Below, piece after piece: positions 1 through 13,724 of a stretch of DNA of 50,422 nt (its first letter is position 1; every line of letters begins with the position of its first letter). The notes under the pieces are model-generated. The model saw only the letters and a program-made list of their open reading frames with translations. It searched no databases and was not told the origin of the DNA. The stretch is from positions 1 to 50,422 of the forward strand of contig NW_014040358.1 in the NCBI RefSeq assembly GCF_001186125.1, in the 5' to 3' direction. Source of the stretch: Sphaeroforma arctica JP610. Its lineage: Eukaryota. Position numbers and translations under genes: made by a program.

Positions 1-142
1 ATTCATATTCACATACAAATATATATATATATCTATATCTATAACATATATATATACATATTCATATTCATATACACATACACATATATATCTATAACAT
101 ATATATATACATATTCATATTCATATACACATACACATATAT
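1..142. repeat. AT/AC-rich simple repeat with a ~54-bp duplicated unit
   Basis: Repeated 'tatctataacatatatatatacatattcatattcatatacacatacacatatata'. Confidence 0.8.
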
Positions 143-668
143 AGTCTACACGATTCGCTCCCGGCAGTATTTCTCTGAACCTTTCGCGCATGGCACTAGC
201 GCGGGCCTAGTATTAGTTGATTTTGTAATAGCTTTCATCACAAGATTTACAAGAGGGCTGATTCAGGCATTCATCTAAATATTATTTTAAGAGAAACTAT
301 AGACCATAGCTGCGCATGTATGTAAATATTTTGAAAAAAGTCTATGGTAATCATGATGACGTATTTCAAATACAAAAATATGCATTGCGAATCATTTCAC
401 AGTTTTTGTGCGCCTATGGATGCACAGAGCCGGGAAAATAATCAAATCTACCGCCCAAACCTCCTGGCAAACCAATACATTCTACCCTTTCAGAAAAAAA
501 GCAGAGCCTCCTGAAAGTTGAACGCAAAAAGTTGTTTGTCTGTATGTACATATACATATTTGTATGTATATATGTCTATATATGTTTATAAACACATAAT
601 AATTATACCTATGTTAAAGTCAAATCCTGCTAGGAAGATTATTGCATCTACACTTATCACAATACATA

Positions 669-1206
669 ATGCCACTTGAGAACAGAGACGAGCAGAATGA
701 AGCACTGTTGCCGCGTGCTCGCTCGGGCAGCGGTAGAGATCACACAGACCACGTAGTATGTGGTGATGGGAAAGTTGGACTAGTCGCGTCTACTGCCACA
801 CTGTTGTTAGGTGTCCTAGGTGCAGGTCAACTCACACTGCCGTTTGCAGTGAATCAGGCTGGATTAGTACTTGCAGTAGCTTACCTCGCCCTGCTAGGCG
901 TATTGGCCGTCGTTGTGCTTAAAATGCTGATGGTGAGCTCGAAATATACGGGTCAAACGACCTACGCTGCCGTGCTGGAAGAAACATGTGGGCCGAAAGC
1001 AAGGCTTGTAGCGAACACGCTCCTAGGAATTTATGCGTGGGGAGGAGCAGTTAGGTAAATTAATTTCGAAATATTTATGAGCAGAAGCAGAGACACGCAC
1101 TCGCACACGCACAACTACACACACACACACATGTGCGCACGATCACACAAACACACACACGTGAGCACGATCACACACGCACACACACACATATATATGT
1201 ATATGT

Positions 1207-1238
<32 letters not shown>

Positions 1239-4200
1239 GGNNNNNNNNNNNNNNNNNNNNNNNNNNNNNNNNNNNNNNNNNNNNNNNNNNNNNNNNNNNN
1301 NNNNNNNNNNNNNNNNNNNNNNNNNNNNNNNNNNNNNNNNNNNNNNNNNNNNNNNNNNNNNNNNNNNNNNNNNNNNNNNNNNNNNNNNTGGCTATATCTG
1401 TATCTATAGCTATAACTATATTAATTATATGTGTGTACGTGTGTGTGTGTGTTTGTATATATATATATATATACCTATATTATATATATATATACCTATA
1501 TACCTATATACGTACACAAATTTGTATGTATGTATACATATGTGTGTGCGTGTGTGTGTGTTTTTATGAATAATATATATATATGTATATATATATGTGT
1601 GTGTGTGTTTGTGTATGTATATGTATATATATATGTCTTTGTCTGTGTTCGTGTGCGTGCGAGTGTTTGGGTGGGTGTTTGTGTTTGTGTTTGTATATTT
1701 TCATATATTGATATATATGTGTATATATATATTAATATATATATAGTGTATGTATGATGTTTGTATTCATGTATGATGATGTTTATGTATGTATGTATGT
1801 ATGTATGATGTTTGTATATATGTATGATGTTTGTTTGTATGTATGTATGTATAATGTTTGTATGTATGTATGATGTTAGTATGTATGTATGTATGATGTT
1901 TGTATGTATGTATAATGTTAGTATGTATGATGTTTGTATGTATGTATGATGTTAGTATGTATGTATGTATGATGTTAGTATGTATGTATGTATGATGTTT
2001 GTATTTATGTATGATGATTTTTATATTTGTTTGTATGTATGTATGTATGATGATTTTTATATTTGTTTGTATGTATGTATGTATGATGTTAGTATGTATA
2101 TATGTATGATGTTTGTATGTATGTATGTATGATATTTGTATGTATGTATGTATGATGTTAATACGTATGTATGATTTTGTTTTTATGTATAATGATTTTA
2201 CGCGCGTGTGAATGTACGTTGCCGGAAAGTGCTTCGGCCCGCATGAATTGTCTCTGCGTTTATGAATATTGACGTGCGCAGGCGCGTATATTGCCATACA
2301 TTGCTCGTTTGTATTGTCGCTTCTTCAAGAAGATATGTCATCGAATAGCAAAGTTATAGCGTATTGGATTGAGCTTAGATTTGATCCGAATTAACTAGTT
2401 TGTGCATATACTTACAAACGAACAGTTTCCTAATTCTTGTCGCCGACGAGTTAGAAGATTTGTCTGCGGTCTTCGGATGGGACCAGCCACGCTGGATACT
2501 GATCACTATGCTCTCTGTGTGTGTAGTTTACCCCCTGTCGCTGTGCAGTAACCTAGACCGACTGAAGTTTACTTCTTATCTGGGAGCCACTGCCGCCATT
2601 TACATCAACTTTGTTGTATTTGTCAACGCTCCCTGGTTCCAGAACGGTAAAACGTTCGATACGGTATGTCCACGTAACTACTGTCCGTCGCCCTTTTTGT
2701 ACTTGATATTCTAGTCGACAATTTTATAATTTCTCTATTCGGTATCAGAACAGCGCTATGCTACGCCCAGGCAAGTGCATCGATATTAAGTTGTATAGAT
2801 GTATGTTCGCAGGGCTTGATCTCTTTATTCTTGTAAAAGTCAATATCCGAACCCTGGATGAGCGCTGACAGTTATTGCATAGCATGTCTTTCTGCCGACA
2901 TAGGCCGTATACTTCTTTTCTCGTGCAACTTGCGGCTTGGCCCAGTCAGCTTCACCCGACGGATACCATTTTAAGAAGAAGGTTCGCATGTGCTTAGATA
3001 TGAGCCCTATAAACGCTCTTAAACATGCACACAATTTTCACTTAACGTGAAAATATCCTCTCTTGCCAACAATACAGTGTGGCGGGTATGAACATGCGCG
3101 GCTTGTCGATGATCCACCCCGGTTCGATCTATTCCCAAACACCGCTCTGGGTGCCTTCAACTCGCTACCTCTGATAGCGTTTGCGCTGAACTCGGCATGG
3201 TGTTTCGTGCCGATATTGAACTCCTTGTACGAGCCCACACCTCCGCGAGTCAACAGGATGATCACGTCTGCAAACGTGATAATCCTGACCAACTATGCCT
3301 TGCTGGCTTTTGTCGGCTATTTCTCGTATTGCAGGTGCGTTGCTTGTGATCGTTAATCTGTGTTCTTATGTTCTTATTGTGCAATGTGATACTCTTCGCA
3401 GCGTACGTGCTAGCTCGCAATCTTGGGCTTGTGCCCCTTGTGGTTTCGTGCACTATCGTTGCGTCCCTTGTGGTTTCGTGCACTATCGTTGTGCCCCTTG
3501 TGGTTTCGTGCACTATCGTTGGGGAGGTATTGCCTTGTCGTCGCAAGCAGATTATTCTGTGAATATCTCACATTGTGTATGGTCGTGTCATGACAGTAGT
3601 GTTAGTTTAGATTCGGATAGTTCTATTCTTGTTCTGATTTCGATTTTGGCTTTGGCTTTGGCTTTGGCTTTGGGTTTTTCTCGGCGTGTCGCTGTTTTAG
3701 TGTCCTACAGTTTGAGAAGACGATTTCAACAACATATGTTATTCAGCCTGTAATCACCAATTTATTAGCTAAGTTGATGGTTGTTCGCCCTTGTGGCTCG
3801 CTTGGATATTTGTTTGCGACGCAAAAGATTGACGCTTGAGATGAGTGTCATAATGTACGATCTGCGTTCGCGAAGCATCACATGATGTCGATTCAATTGC
3901 AGATTATGTGTTGTGTGGCCAATGTACCGATATCCAAGAGCATTATATCATGGTAGCTTTCAAGAATTTGTATCAGATAAGCTCACATATCGTGCGGATT
4001 GACTGCTTGCATTCTGGGTGTAAGCTATGACTAAATCGCATCTCGATGTGTTCAGGTGTACGTCCCAGCGGCTTTTCTAATTCAGTCTTGTGAAATAGGA
4101 TACTCGTCCGACGCCTTTTTTTCCCCACTGGTACTCTGATAACTACAATGGCCACAACTACATGCGAGTCACTTTGATTTACAGATTGTGTACCCACGCA

Positions 4201-6334
4201 TAAGATTCTGACTACCTAGTACAACCATTTTGCAAACATACAATCATGCGCACGCATTTATCTGATTGCGAGATCGAACGCACACTTTACTTGTCCCGCC
4301 AAATGTTTTATCTCGGTATGACACATCACTTCAGGTAATTCTCTGCCATGTACAACGGCATTGGTTCACATAGAAAACTCAGCACTACCGTTTTTCTTTA
4401 CATGACCACTCTCTCATTTAGTCGAGCTAGCAATTCAATGCGGCCGGAATCACGCACAGTCTGGTTTCATTAAATCCGGATATGCGATATGTACCTCTCA
4501 TGGTTGTGATTGTATGTGTTGCTGTAGATGCTCAATCACCCTATCCTGTTGCACCCTCCAATCCACAGTAATACAAAAGACAACATCCTGGGCAACTTAC
4601 CGTCAACCCCCTTGGTTATCGTCGCCCGAGTCATGCTAATCATGCAGCTGTCCTTCGCACTGCCACTGCGCTTCCACGTGACACGCGGTGTTCTTTATGA
4701 ACAAGCACCGTTCATGCCGAGCAGGCAGCTGTCTGATCCATCCACCAGCGGTGAGAAGGTTGTTTACACGCTGAGCACGACCTTGCTGGTAGGCGTTGCT
4801 GTCATGATCGCTGCCTTGACCAGGTAAGGCTCGCTATTGCTTGCTTGAGATTGTTTGCGGACGACTCTGATCTGGATTGCTTGCTTTTGCGTTAAGTTTA
4901 GCAAAACAACCCAAAATATGTGTTTGTTTTTTTATGCGGATCGTCCTATGCGACCTTCATTGAGGCAACGCATGTATTCTTATGTACCTATCTTTGTGTG
5001 TGTGTGTGTGTGTGATTGTGTTCTCAATGGTGTTTAATTATTAGGTTCACTAAGCACCAGCCATTTGTGCCGAGCCGAAGTTGTTTATACATTAAAAGTG
5101 CATAATCGCATGTAGATCTGGTCATTTGCACAGATGCAGAGTACGTGGTTTTGACCCTGTCTATATGATGTTTTACACCTGTAAACATTCAGATCTTTGC
5201 ACTTGTACATTTGCACATTCGTCTACATGCGAATATCGTTCTTTTATAGCCATACCAGCATGGGCGTACGGCCGTGCGCAATGAAATTATATACGGATAT
5301 CTCTACGTTCAGCAATTTTGCTTGTTAGTTAGATATGCGTGTATGTGTGAGCCTACTTGTTGATGTTTCAAGTATGGTGACAGTGTCTCTTGTACCCTTT
5401 TTAGGCGTACACATGTTTGCATGCTTAACATGCCACGCACTGGTATCTTCTTAGAGATGTGGACTGATGTATGGTCTGTTATCTTTTGCCCAAGCTGTTT
5501 GTTTAAGTCATATAATGTGCTATATACGTGTTATATATACTTATACTCAAGTCATTCCTATTTGTTGGCATGTCTTCTATCTATTACAATTCACTGCTAT
5601 ATAAGTAAGTCATACAATTTAAGGATAACCATGGTTTGAGTGTGCAGGTGTTAGCCATTCAAATATGTATAGAACACATTTTTCGATTATTTTAAATCGT
5701 ATTTATTGACATAACGTACTTTTAGAGTGGGGATGGTTTTCTGGCGAAGAATCCTTGATGAAATTAAGTTTTGTACTTGTCGTGAATGATGCTTTCTAGT
5801 CTCAATGCATTACGATCCTTTCGAGGAGCTATTTCCGACCGTGGGATTCGGATGCTCACTTTTAGTTCTACCTGCTTGAATCATGCATGTACGAGTTCCT
5901 TTGAAGTTGTGCATAGATGTCAACGTAAAGTTTCGTACACACACGAACCTGTGTACTTCGGTTGTCAGGTGTATTGTCGGGCTATGTTCTCTATGCATCC
6001 TTATAATATACTAAAATACGTAGCTGAAACTCCCTGGTGGTACCGCTAGATTCATAAATTCACCTGTCAGGTACTTGTCTTCATATGCTACAGCAACCTA
6101 CACGTGGTCATCGGTCTCACGTCGGCAGTTTGTGCAAGTTTTACTATCTACATCTTCCCGGCGCTGAGCTTCCGGATCGCGGTAGCCCACAAAGAGCCAC
6201 ACACTAACGGAGAGAAGTTCTTTATGAACATTGCACCTTACATTTGTATAGCTACGGGCGTTGCCGTTCTCGTGCTGGGTACCGGAGCTATATTAGTCGA
6301 AGTTGCATTTGGTATGAAAGTGACTGGGGGATAA
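669..6334 (+). CDS. Amino-acid transporter, SLC38/AAAP (Aa_trans) family; join(669..1054,2426..2663,3078..3334,4569..4823,6094..6334), 458 aa
   Basis: Five hydrophobic ORF segments joined by GT..AG introns with consistent phases (2,0,2,2), total 1377 nt. Family-typical motifs: 'LLLGVLGAGQLTLPFAV', 'YPLSLCSNLDRLKFTSYLG', 'LPLIAFA', 'VGYFSY..NTKDNILGNLP', 'SFALPL', 'VIGLTSAVCASFTIYIFPAL'. Confidence 0.9.
1092..2190. repeat. Intronic microsatellite block ((CA)n, (TA)n, (TG)n, (TATG)n variants) containing an N-gap at 1241-1388
   Basis: Directly visible. The ORFs called here are low-complexity artefacts. Confidence 0.9.
3431..3520. repeat. 30-bp tandem repeat x3 in transporter intron 3
   Basis: Unit gtgccccttgtggtttcgtgcactatcgtt. 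Confidence 0.9.
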
Positions 6335-7649
6335 GTAAGTCAAGTAACGAACCTTACGATAGCATGACACTTGGAGTATAGTCTACACTTGAGGACGAGT
6401 TGTACTTTTTAATAATAAGAGATAGCGGCATACATCAAGCTACTCTTGGACATATGTATAAATTTAAGACTAGATTCGCTGAATTATTGTTTTATTTTTT
6501 TATTGTATACAAATGTGGTGGAAGCAGCATGTTTCAATTGTTCATTTACTAGCTCTGCTATACATACAATCGTTGAGACTACCAGCAGATGCTAAATTGT
6601 TAAACTGCCAAATGCCTGGTCTAGAAGATAAAGTCTTCCATCAACTGAACACAGCAGCGAAGAAGGGTAGGCTAAGCTTGTACCATTTGAATGTCAGACT
6701 GAAACGTATATTCAATTCGACGGCAGCACAGCAGAGCTCTTACTTAGCCATTAACGCTTGAGACCTCCACTAGATACACAAGCGGATGACAGCACGGACT
6801 ACGTGTAGGAAGTCTCGGAGCAAAGGACATTACCCAGCCATCTATACTAGATCCTCGGTCTTGCTGACATGTGAAATAGTTCCCATAGTATTAATAAATT
6901 GCGCAACACTACTGAACATACCAGTATCTTTTTCACTGTTAATATCCAGATAACTCATGGTTTCGAGCTCTTAGATCGGAGAAGGTCACACACTGCTTAT
7001 ATTCATACAAAGGACGGGAAATTAGAAATCGACTCTACGATGACACAAATCATATGGCAAGAACAGATATGAGTTGTAAAGCACATCTAGGGCAAAAAGG
7101 GATGGACTAAAACCCTCCATAAATGTTTCGCCACCAGGGTTCTTCGAGGACTCTTACAACTCAGATTTTCCATTACCGAAGGCAATTTTGCACAAGCGCA
7201 ATAATTAGCAATGCACACCAGAAGAACCAGACCAAAACAATCGCCGAGACGTCCGCAAATGAATCAGAAAACCTGAGCTACGAACCTCCTGCTGTATAAA
7301 AGCATGGCACCAAGTTGAGTCTCTAGAACAAATGGTGACATTATAGTCACAAAGACCTGTTCTCACCTTTTTCTCCTCGTTATTAATTATACTTGTTTCA
7401 AATAAGTTCTAATAGTTCAGGCAAATATTTCAAGTGTACGATTCTTAGACATACCACCACCAGCGGCAGGCATCGCTTGGATATGAGCAGGCTATTTAGT
7501 TCGGTGGAAAATTCAACACGTTGTAGCTTAGTCGGCAATATATATGTTCCCACTCATTTATAAGTCTTCATTTTACACTACATGGTAAATTTGGATCACT
7601 TTCAGGGTTATTATTTATCGGAAATTCTGTGCTTGGCTTTTCCAGTACC

Positions 7650-8870
7650 CAGATGCCCCCCAACTTTTTACTAGTGAGACTGTAAGGTGCTCTGGAGATT
7701 GATGGTTTTTACAAGGAAAAACTTGTCCATTAAGAATATAAAAATTCTGCCTCCATTAAATGTCCTTACGTATTATCTAATTTAGTATGCTATTACAGGA
7801 GTTCTCAGCCACGTTCGTCAGTATATCTTGGCCTGTGCTCTCGGCTGGCATCAACTTGGCTTGAAGAAATACTTCTCAACTATGCCTCTACAATCAAGTT
7901 TTGGGCAGAGCATGCTACAAAGTGGGATAAGTGGGAGTGGCCCCTGGTATCGGCGAACTTTGGTTAAAGATACCTGTCTCGTGTGCTTCGTGCTGCTCAC
8001 TGTTCGCGCGTCCCTGGCCTATGACCTTGTCGCTGTTCTTCGTTCTGTCTGTTTGCGTTTGTGCCGTATGCTTCGGCGATAAGGTGTAAGAACATCGACG
8101 TCCGCTATGACCCTCTCGTGTGCCCACGTTCTTTCTTCGACTGCCCAATGCTGTGGGTACCCTTGTGATAATTTCTGTCACCGCTGCAGTATGGAAGTAA
8201 ATTGTGTCTATTCATTTGATTATTAAGAGTGAATTTCTCCGCCCCATTTACAGTCTTATATAGCTCTATCAATTCATCATTGACTGAGTTCGGATATTTT
8301 GGAGCTTCTGCGCCATCTAGGTTGCAGACAAAGAACTCGTCGCCCTCTTTCTTGGCTTTTTTTTATGGACCTCCGTACCTCCGTAGGATGCCGTCATTTT
8401 GCTCATTTTGTACACCTTCGTATTGGATCATGGCTATGTCTCCTCCACGGAAAATATCGTATTATCTTTTAAACTTCCGACTATAAGCTGCTCGCACTTT
8501 ATCTTGGTATTGAGCAACACTGTTCCTTAGCTACGACCCAATGGTCATTTTTAGCTATTCCGATCGTTCTTGCCAAGTCACACCTGTGCTGTGTGCTTCA
8601 ACTCTTTTGTCATAATAAGTGAATTGGTTTGTCTTTGTCCGAAGCATGCATTAAATCGGAATCTGTGTCTGCGTGAGGATCGCAGGCTATGTTCTATCTG
8701 TACAAACGGTGTTCCTGAACACCAGTTGTCTGGGCTTTGTTTCCCAAATTTCCGTAGTACGAGTGTCAAGTCTCTGTGTGAGCGATCATTCGCTTCTAGT
8801 ACTTTGGGTGGATATGTTCGAGATACAATGTGTTGTGTCGAAGCTTGTGCTGTAAATATCGGTACGACCG
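7650..8870 (-). mobile_element. Degenerate Ty3/Gypsy 3' remnant (integrase core C-half, GPY/F-like region, polypurine tract)
   Basis: Minus-strand 'HIVSRTYPPKVLEANDRSHRDLTLVLRKF..PDNW..TPFVQ..' matches the integrase segment containing the catalytic E. It is followed by 'FRGGDIAMI...RRYGGP'. A G6 tract (plus-strand cccccc 7656-7661) lies at the distal end. Confidence 0.6.
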
Positions 8871-9136
8871 CGACAGTATAGTAGGACTTATGACGAATTG
8901 TATCGGTAGTATTTTGAAGTAAATACAGTTTGATAGTCGGATAATAAGACAGGTATACATTGTGAAATATCGGTATCCTAGAGGGATTCAAGTCTGAGAC
9001 AGTGCCTATAAAGAATCTCTCGGATACTAATTCGTTTTGTCTTCTTTGTTTGTACAACGAAATCAAGTATTCTTGATTTCGCTCCTCTATACCTAGAATG
9101 CTACTAAAATCTTATATTCGAAAGTGAATGAAGCTT

Positions 9137-9237
9137 AAGGGTTTTTAGGGTTTATGGTTTAGGGTTTTAGGGTTTAGGGTTTAAAGGGTTTAGGGTTTAG
9201 GGTTTTAGGGTTTAGGGTTTAAAGTTTTAGGGTTTAG
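9137..9237 (+). repeat. Interstitial telomere-like (TTTAGGG)n degenerate array
   Basis: About 13 units of tttaggg/ttttaggg/ttaaaggg. Confidence 0.85.
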
Positions 9238-10025
9238 AAAGTCCCTTCTGTCTCTAGAGACCCTTTATTACTCTAGTCTACTGTCTGGTCACTTATCTAG
9301 CTAAGGGGACCGCCATTCCAAGCTGAATATCGGCTATTCTGGTTGGCCGACGGGTGAAAGACTTAACAACGTTAATAGTCGCCCAAGTCAACCTGTTTCA
9401 GTGAACCACCTCGCTACTGAAATGTTTGTATGATACTGAAATATAGTGGGCCTTTAAATAGATCATATCTGATTTTGGTAATTGAAATGGTACTATAAAT
9501 AATAGTTTATGAATAAACGGACTTCTTAAAAGTGTACGTTTATAATCTATAATTCTATTGCGGATACTCATGATTTTTGAAGTGTAATGGGGAATGGACA
9601 GAATATCATTCACATATTCCGTGCCTTGTAAAGTAATCAAGAAAGCTTCTTCTGTCTGTAGAGGCCCTTCATTGCTCTAGTCAGGGTCTGATCACTTAAA
9701 TAGAAGGTCCGCCCTTCCAGGCTCAATATTGGCCTTTCTGGCTGGCCGACGTAGGAAAGACTTAGCAACGTTATTAGTCGTCAAATCAAACTGTTTCAGT
9801 GAGCTACCTCGTTACTGATGTGTTTATATGATACTGCAATATAGTGGTCCATTTAATAGGTATTTAAAAATATGTATTTAAAAATATCTAAGTTTAGTTT
9901 TGGAAAGGTATTTGTATATAAAAGTTTATGAAATACTGCCTATATTTTAATTCTATTGCGGATACCCGCTATTATTGAAGTGTAAGGACGTTGGAAAGAA
10001 TATCATTCTCATGTTCCGTGCCTTG
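9237..10025 (-). repeat. Diverged ~400-bp tandem duplication related (reverse strand) to the LTR of the 22674-30423 element
   Basis: Units start at 9237 and 9641 and both end in ccgtgccttg. 'tctggttggccgacgggtgaaagacttaacaacgttaatagtc...gaaccacctcgctactgaa' aligns with the reverse complement of LTR 22935-23025. Confidence 0.65.
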
Positions 10026-10879
10026 GCTCGTCCGTATTACGTGTGGACAGCCATGTTCACACCTGATTAGAACCCATGTTTTGACCACGTGCCTGTTGTG
10101 TTGTCCACCATTGGTCTGAGCATGCCATACCATGAGTGAACACTAAGCCTTAATAGGACCATATGTGTTCACCCCCAATTACATTCGTCTCCTGGGAACT
10201 CTGCTGATATCGATTACAGTCGGTGAAAATCCTTTTTGTATAATTTGTTGTATTTTTCGAACAAAGTACACACCCATCTGTGCACTTTCGTACATGTGTC
10301 TGTCTCTGTCTATTCGTCCCTTTTTGTATATTTTATTTCATTTCTCGAATATGGTACACCATCTGTATACTTTCTTACATGTGTTTATCTCTGTCTATTC
10401 CGATCATCAGCTTATATTTCTTTATCGTTTCTTCATAGGTGTAGTGGCTCACTGTGTGGTGAGATTTGCTCGTTCCTCATATGTGGTATGACTAACACTT
10501 CGAAGTCAAGAACTGTTCTTTCTGTTAGAAGTATAGTTACTTCAGACCCATTATTGTAGCCACTAGTATGGTTTCCAATGGTGTTTCAGCGCAAGTTTCT
10601 TTCTCAACTAACACTGAGTCTTTTGCCAGTAAGGACAGGAAGCGAGAAACAACGTTACATTTGGGTAATATGGCACAATTCAATTACTTTACCTAAGACC
10701 TGTTCTATGGGTTCCCACAGCGAGTTAGCCATAGCGAAGAAGAAAAAAAAGCCATTTTTGCGATGAGTTATCTCAATTTTGTGTGTAGTTTTTATTCGAG
10801 TGCGATTTATATGCTTTTTGAAATTGATCCACTGTGAACTTGACAAATCTCTTTCCCACCTCCTCTTATGCAGAGTTTG

Positions 10880-11165
10880 AGAGTGACTGATACGATTCGA
10901 CCAAAGGGTACAATAAACCTCTTCTCAAGCGCAAATACCTCAGCTAGGCAAAAGCCCTAGGCTGATGGATTCGCATTCAGTCTTTGTTCGTGGTTTGTGT
11001 TTCTTCACTATTCTCAAATTCTACTTGAGTATTTCTCTAATACCGGTATCATCTACCGGTTCTACCGCTATATTTCTGAAGACTCTAATATCAGGAATAT
11101 TGCATCCGGACCCAAAACTCGGAATTTGATCATCCTGGGTTTTGGAATCAGTTGGCTTTTCTGAG
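10880..11165 (-). repeat. Dispersed repeat copy A; inverted, diverged partner at 14350-14640
   Basis: Reverse complement 'ccaaaacccaggatgatcaaattccgagttttgg...tcagaaatatagcggtagaaccggta...cttgagaagagg' matches 14350-14640. Confidence 0.7.
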
Positions 11166-11299
11166 AATCTGGTACCTAAATGATACCCGTAGAATCTGGG
11201 GTGTGAAGTTTCCAACTTATGGCTGAGACTCATGTCGGAATATTTGTTCCTAAGTCAGCTAATCCGGATTATTGTGTGTATTTTATTTTGCTCTTTTAG

Positions 11300-11702
11300 T
11301 ACTTCTGGAACACGGCACTCCCGTGTTCTGGAAGTCCCCAGAAATAACGGACTACGGCACTCAGCTCGGCCGTGCAGAATACATCGTCTCGTCGGGACCG
11401 CACAATATCCTCGTGGCCATGTGCATGCCACTTCCTGGCCCTACTGCCCTTTGGGCTGACTGACAATCAGTCGGCCATAAAAATCGCTCTCGGCATCGGG
11501 ACGCCTAAGGGCCAAAAACACATACTTATCCTGTACCATTATGTCCGTCACTGTGTACAATAAGGCCTACTTACTATCACATACATATCCACTAACGACA
11601 ATCTGGCCGATCTTCTCACCAAATCACGTGGCCACGACAAGCACGAATCATTCCTCGACCAACTTATGAGAGATATATCTCCTAAGTTTCCAGGGGGAAG
11701 GG
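11300..11702 (+). mobile_element. Ty1/Copia RNase H remnant with 3' polypurine tract
   Basis: Frameshifted 'GTPVFWKS...AEYI...TDNQSAIKIA...KHILILYHYVRHCVQ*GLLTITYISTNDNLADLLTK', followed by agggggaaggga. Confidence 0.85.
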
Positions 11703-11994
11703 AGTCATCGTCAACTTACTATACATACACCTAAATATAGTTTTTCTATGATATAGATACTGATTGCTTGACATCCGCAATATTACCTTGGATACTAAAT
11801 AAGATCAGAACCTTGCACATACACACACACGTCTTATATATTCTTAAAAACAAATAAACAGAAAATTAAATACAAATATAAAAAGTTAGCTGTTCTGTAC
11901 TATTTCAGATGGTTATTGCTAGTTGTTCAAGTAAAAGAATATTCGTACACAGCATCGATCGAGGACCCTTAAGACCTCTGCCACTACTCCTAGT

Positions 11995-12200
11995 ATTCTT
12001 GTACACCGCTGCTATGCTTAACAATCAAGACCTCAGCCACTGAACTCAACATTCTCATACACTGCCGATATGCCTAACATTCTCATACACTGCCAATTAT
12101 ACCTAACATTCTCGTTCACCGCCGCTTAAACCCAACACTATCGTACACCGCTGAATAATACACCACTATCGCACACCTTCTAATATAAACACCCCTGTCG
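11995..12200. repeat. Degenerate ~28-bp tandem repeats, possibly subterminal repeats of the Mutator remnant
   Basis: Recurring 'ctcatacactgcc....cctaacatt' / 'cgtacaccgctg'. Confidence 0.55.
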
Positions 12201-12832
12201 CTCAACTCCTCTATACCCAAAATTATTTTTGTCAACTCAACCGTTAAAAATTGAACATGATATTTTTTTCATATTTTTTTCATAATTTATTCATAACGGA
12301 CACACATCACGTACTGCTATACCAACATATGTCACATGAGCAACATATATCATATACTGCCATACCAACATTTGAACATATATCACATACTGCCATACCA
12401 ACATATGCTATCAATCGCGTAGGTGTAGTTGAATGGTGTATACAATATAGCACATGCAACAGGATGATCGTTTATATTCGAGCTGTGTAAACTTGTATAC
12501 TTGGAATTGTAACAAAAGTTAGTAAGAACAAAGCAGGACAGGCTATACTAGCGTCTACACCAAATAAAAGTGGTAGAGCTGCCGATGTTGGTGACCCCGC
12601 GTCGTTCAGCTAAATCAAAGAATCTATATTGCACAAATTATGATCGTGGAGACGAAAAAGACAAAGGCAAAGAAGATGGCAACCGGAAGAGTAAGTCCGA
12701 TGACACGGATGATAGCCTGCTACGGAGAGGTCTTGATCTTAGAGGCGATGAAGGCAATAGTATAGAGGACAACGAAAAGGGTGACAAGGGTAAGGGAGAA
12801 AATCTAAACTCGCTAAAGTACCCTATGAAAAA

Positions 12833-13108
12833 TTGAAGCATGCGTACGTACACGAGTTTGGAACAGGTACTGTGTCTTTACTGCTCGATGGCAATCTGTA
12901 CCGTGTCCAGAATGTTTTAGGGGATGGCAATTGTCTTCCAAGAGCAGCCTGTGAGCATCCCGAACTATCGAAGATGGGTGTCAAAGGCCACGAGAAGTTC
13001 AGGGAAAACGTAGGACGTGTGTCCGAGCCTTATTCTTGGAGTATGCGGAAACTGTATTCTTTTCGACTACCCCAGACTGGAAGCAAGCTCTGGCGAACTG
13101 AAGGATGA
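12833..13108 (+). pseudogene. OTU-like cysteine protease fragment, probably part of the Mutator element
   Basis: 'LYRVQNVLGDGNCLPRAACE...HEKFRENV' matches the OTU catalytic GDGNCLxRA motif. Confidence 0.6.
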
Positions 13109-13724
13109 CGATGTCGAAGTCCGGTAGCTGGATGATGGACTTGTATTTCTTCGCCATGTTTGTTATGTAATGCATCGGTATCTGTACGTGGCGAGTACGA
13201 TGTTTCTATCAAATGTATTTTGTCGTTTTATAACACACCAATACATATCTTCAAATCCACTCCCTGTATGTGAAACAAAGCTTTAGAATACTTTTAACTC
13301 TAAATGTGAATTTGTGTACTACTTCTATTCAGAATGCAATAAGACATACACTCGAAAATAACATACCCCAGCAAACTCTATGACAGTATAAGATACAGGT
13401 CTTGCCATCTTATGTAGAGGTCAAGCACTTTTGCACCTGGCGAGGACATTTCGGAATGATCCATCGAAGAGTTTGTGAAGATGGCAGAATGTGAAGAAGC
13501 TATGAATGCGTAAGTCTTAAAAGTTTAAACCCGTAAAGAATAAAAATTATTACCTCTAATCCTCACCTCCGATATATAAAGATGTACAACTATAATCTTC
13601 ATCTCTCTCTGATCATAACCTCTGATCCTCATCTCCGAGATATATAAATGTACAACTATAATCCTCATCACTAATCCCCACCTCTAGTCCTCGCCTCAGT
13701 AGCGACTTTCTCAACTTCTTCAAG

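Noticed and set aside
1077..2297. Long ORFs rich in Y/I/H/T/V/C
   Set aside because: Translations of intronic microsatellites, some spanning an N-gap.
6513..7330. Possible gag/protease/RT remnant on the plus strand
   Set aside because: Only faint hints and no complete motif; too degraded to support.
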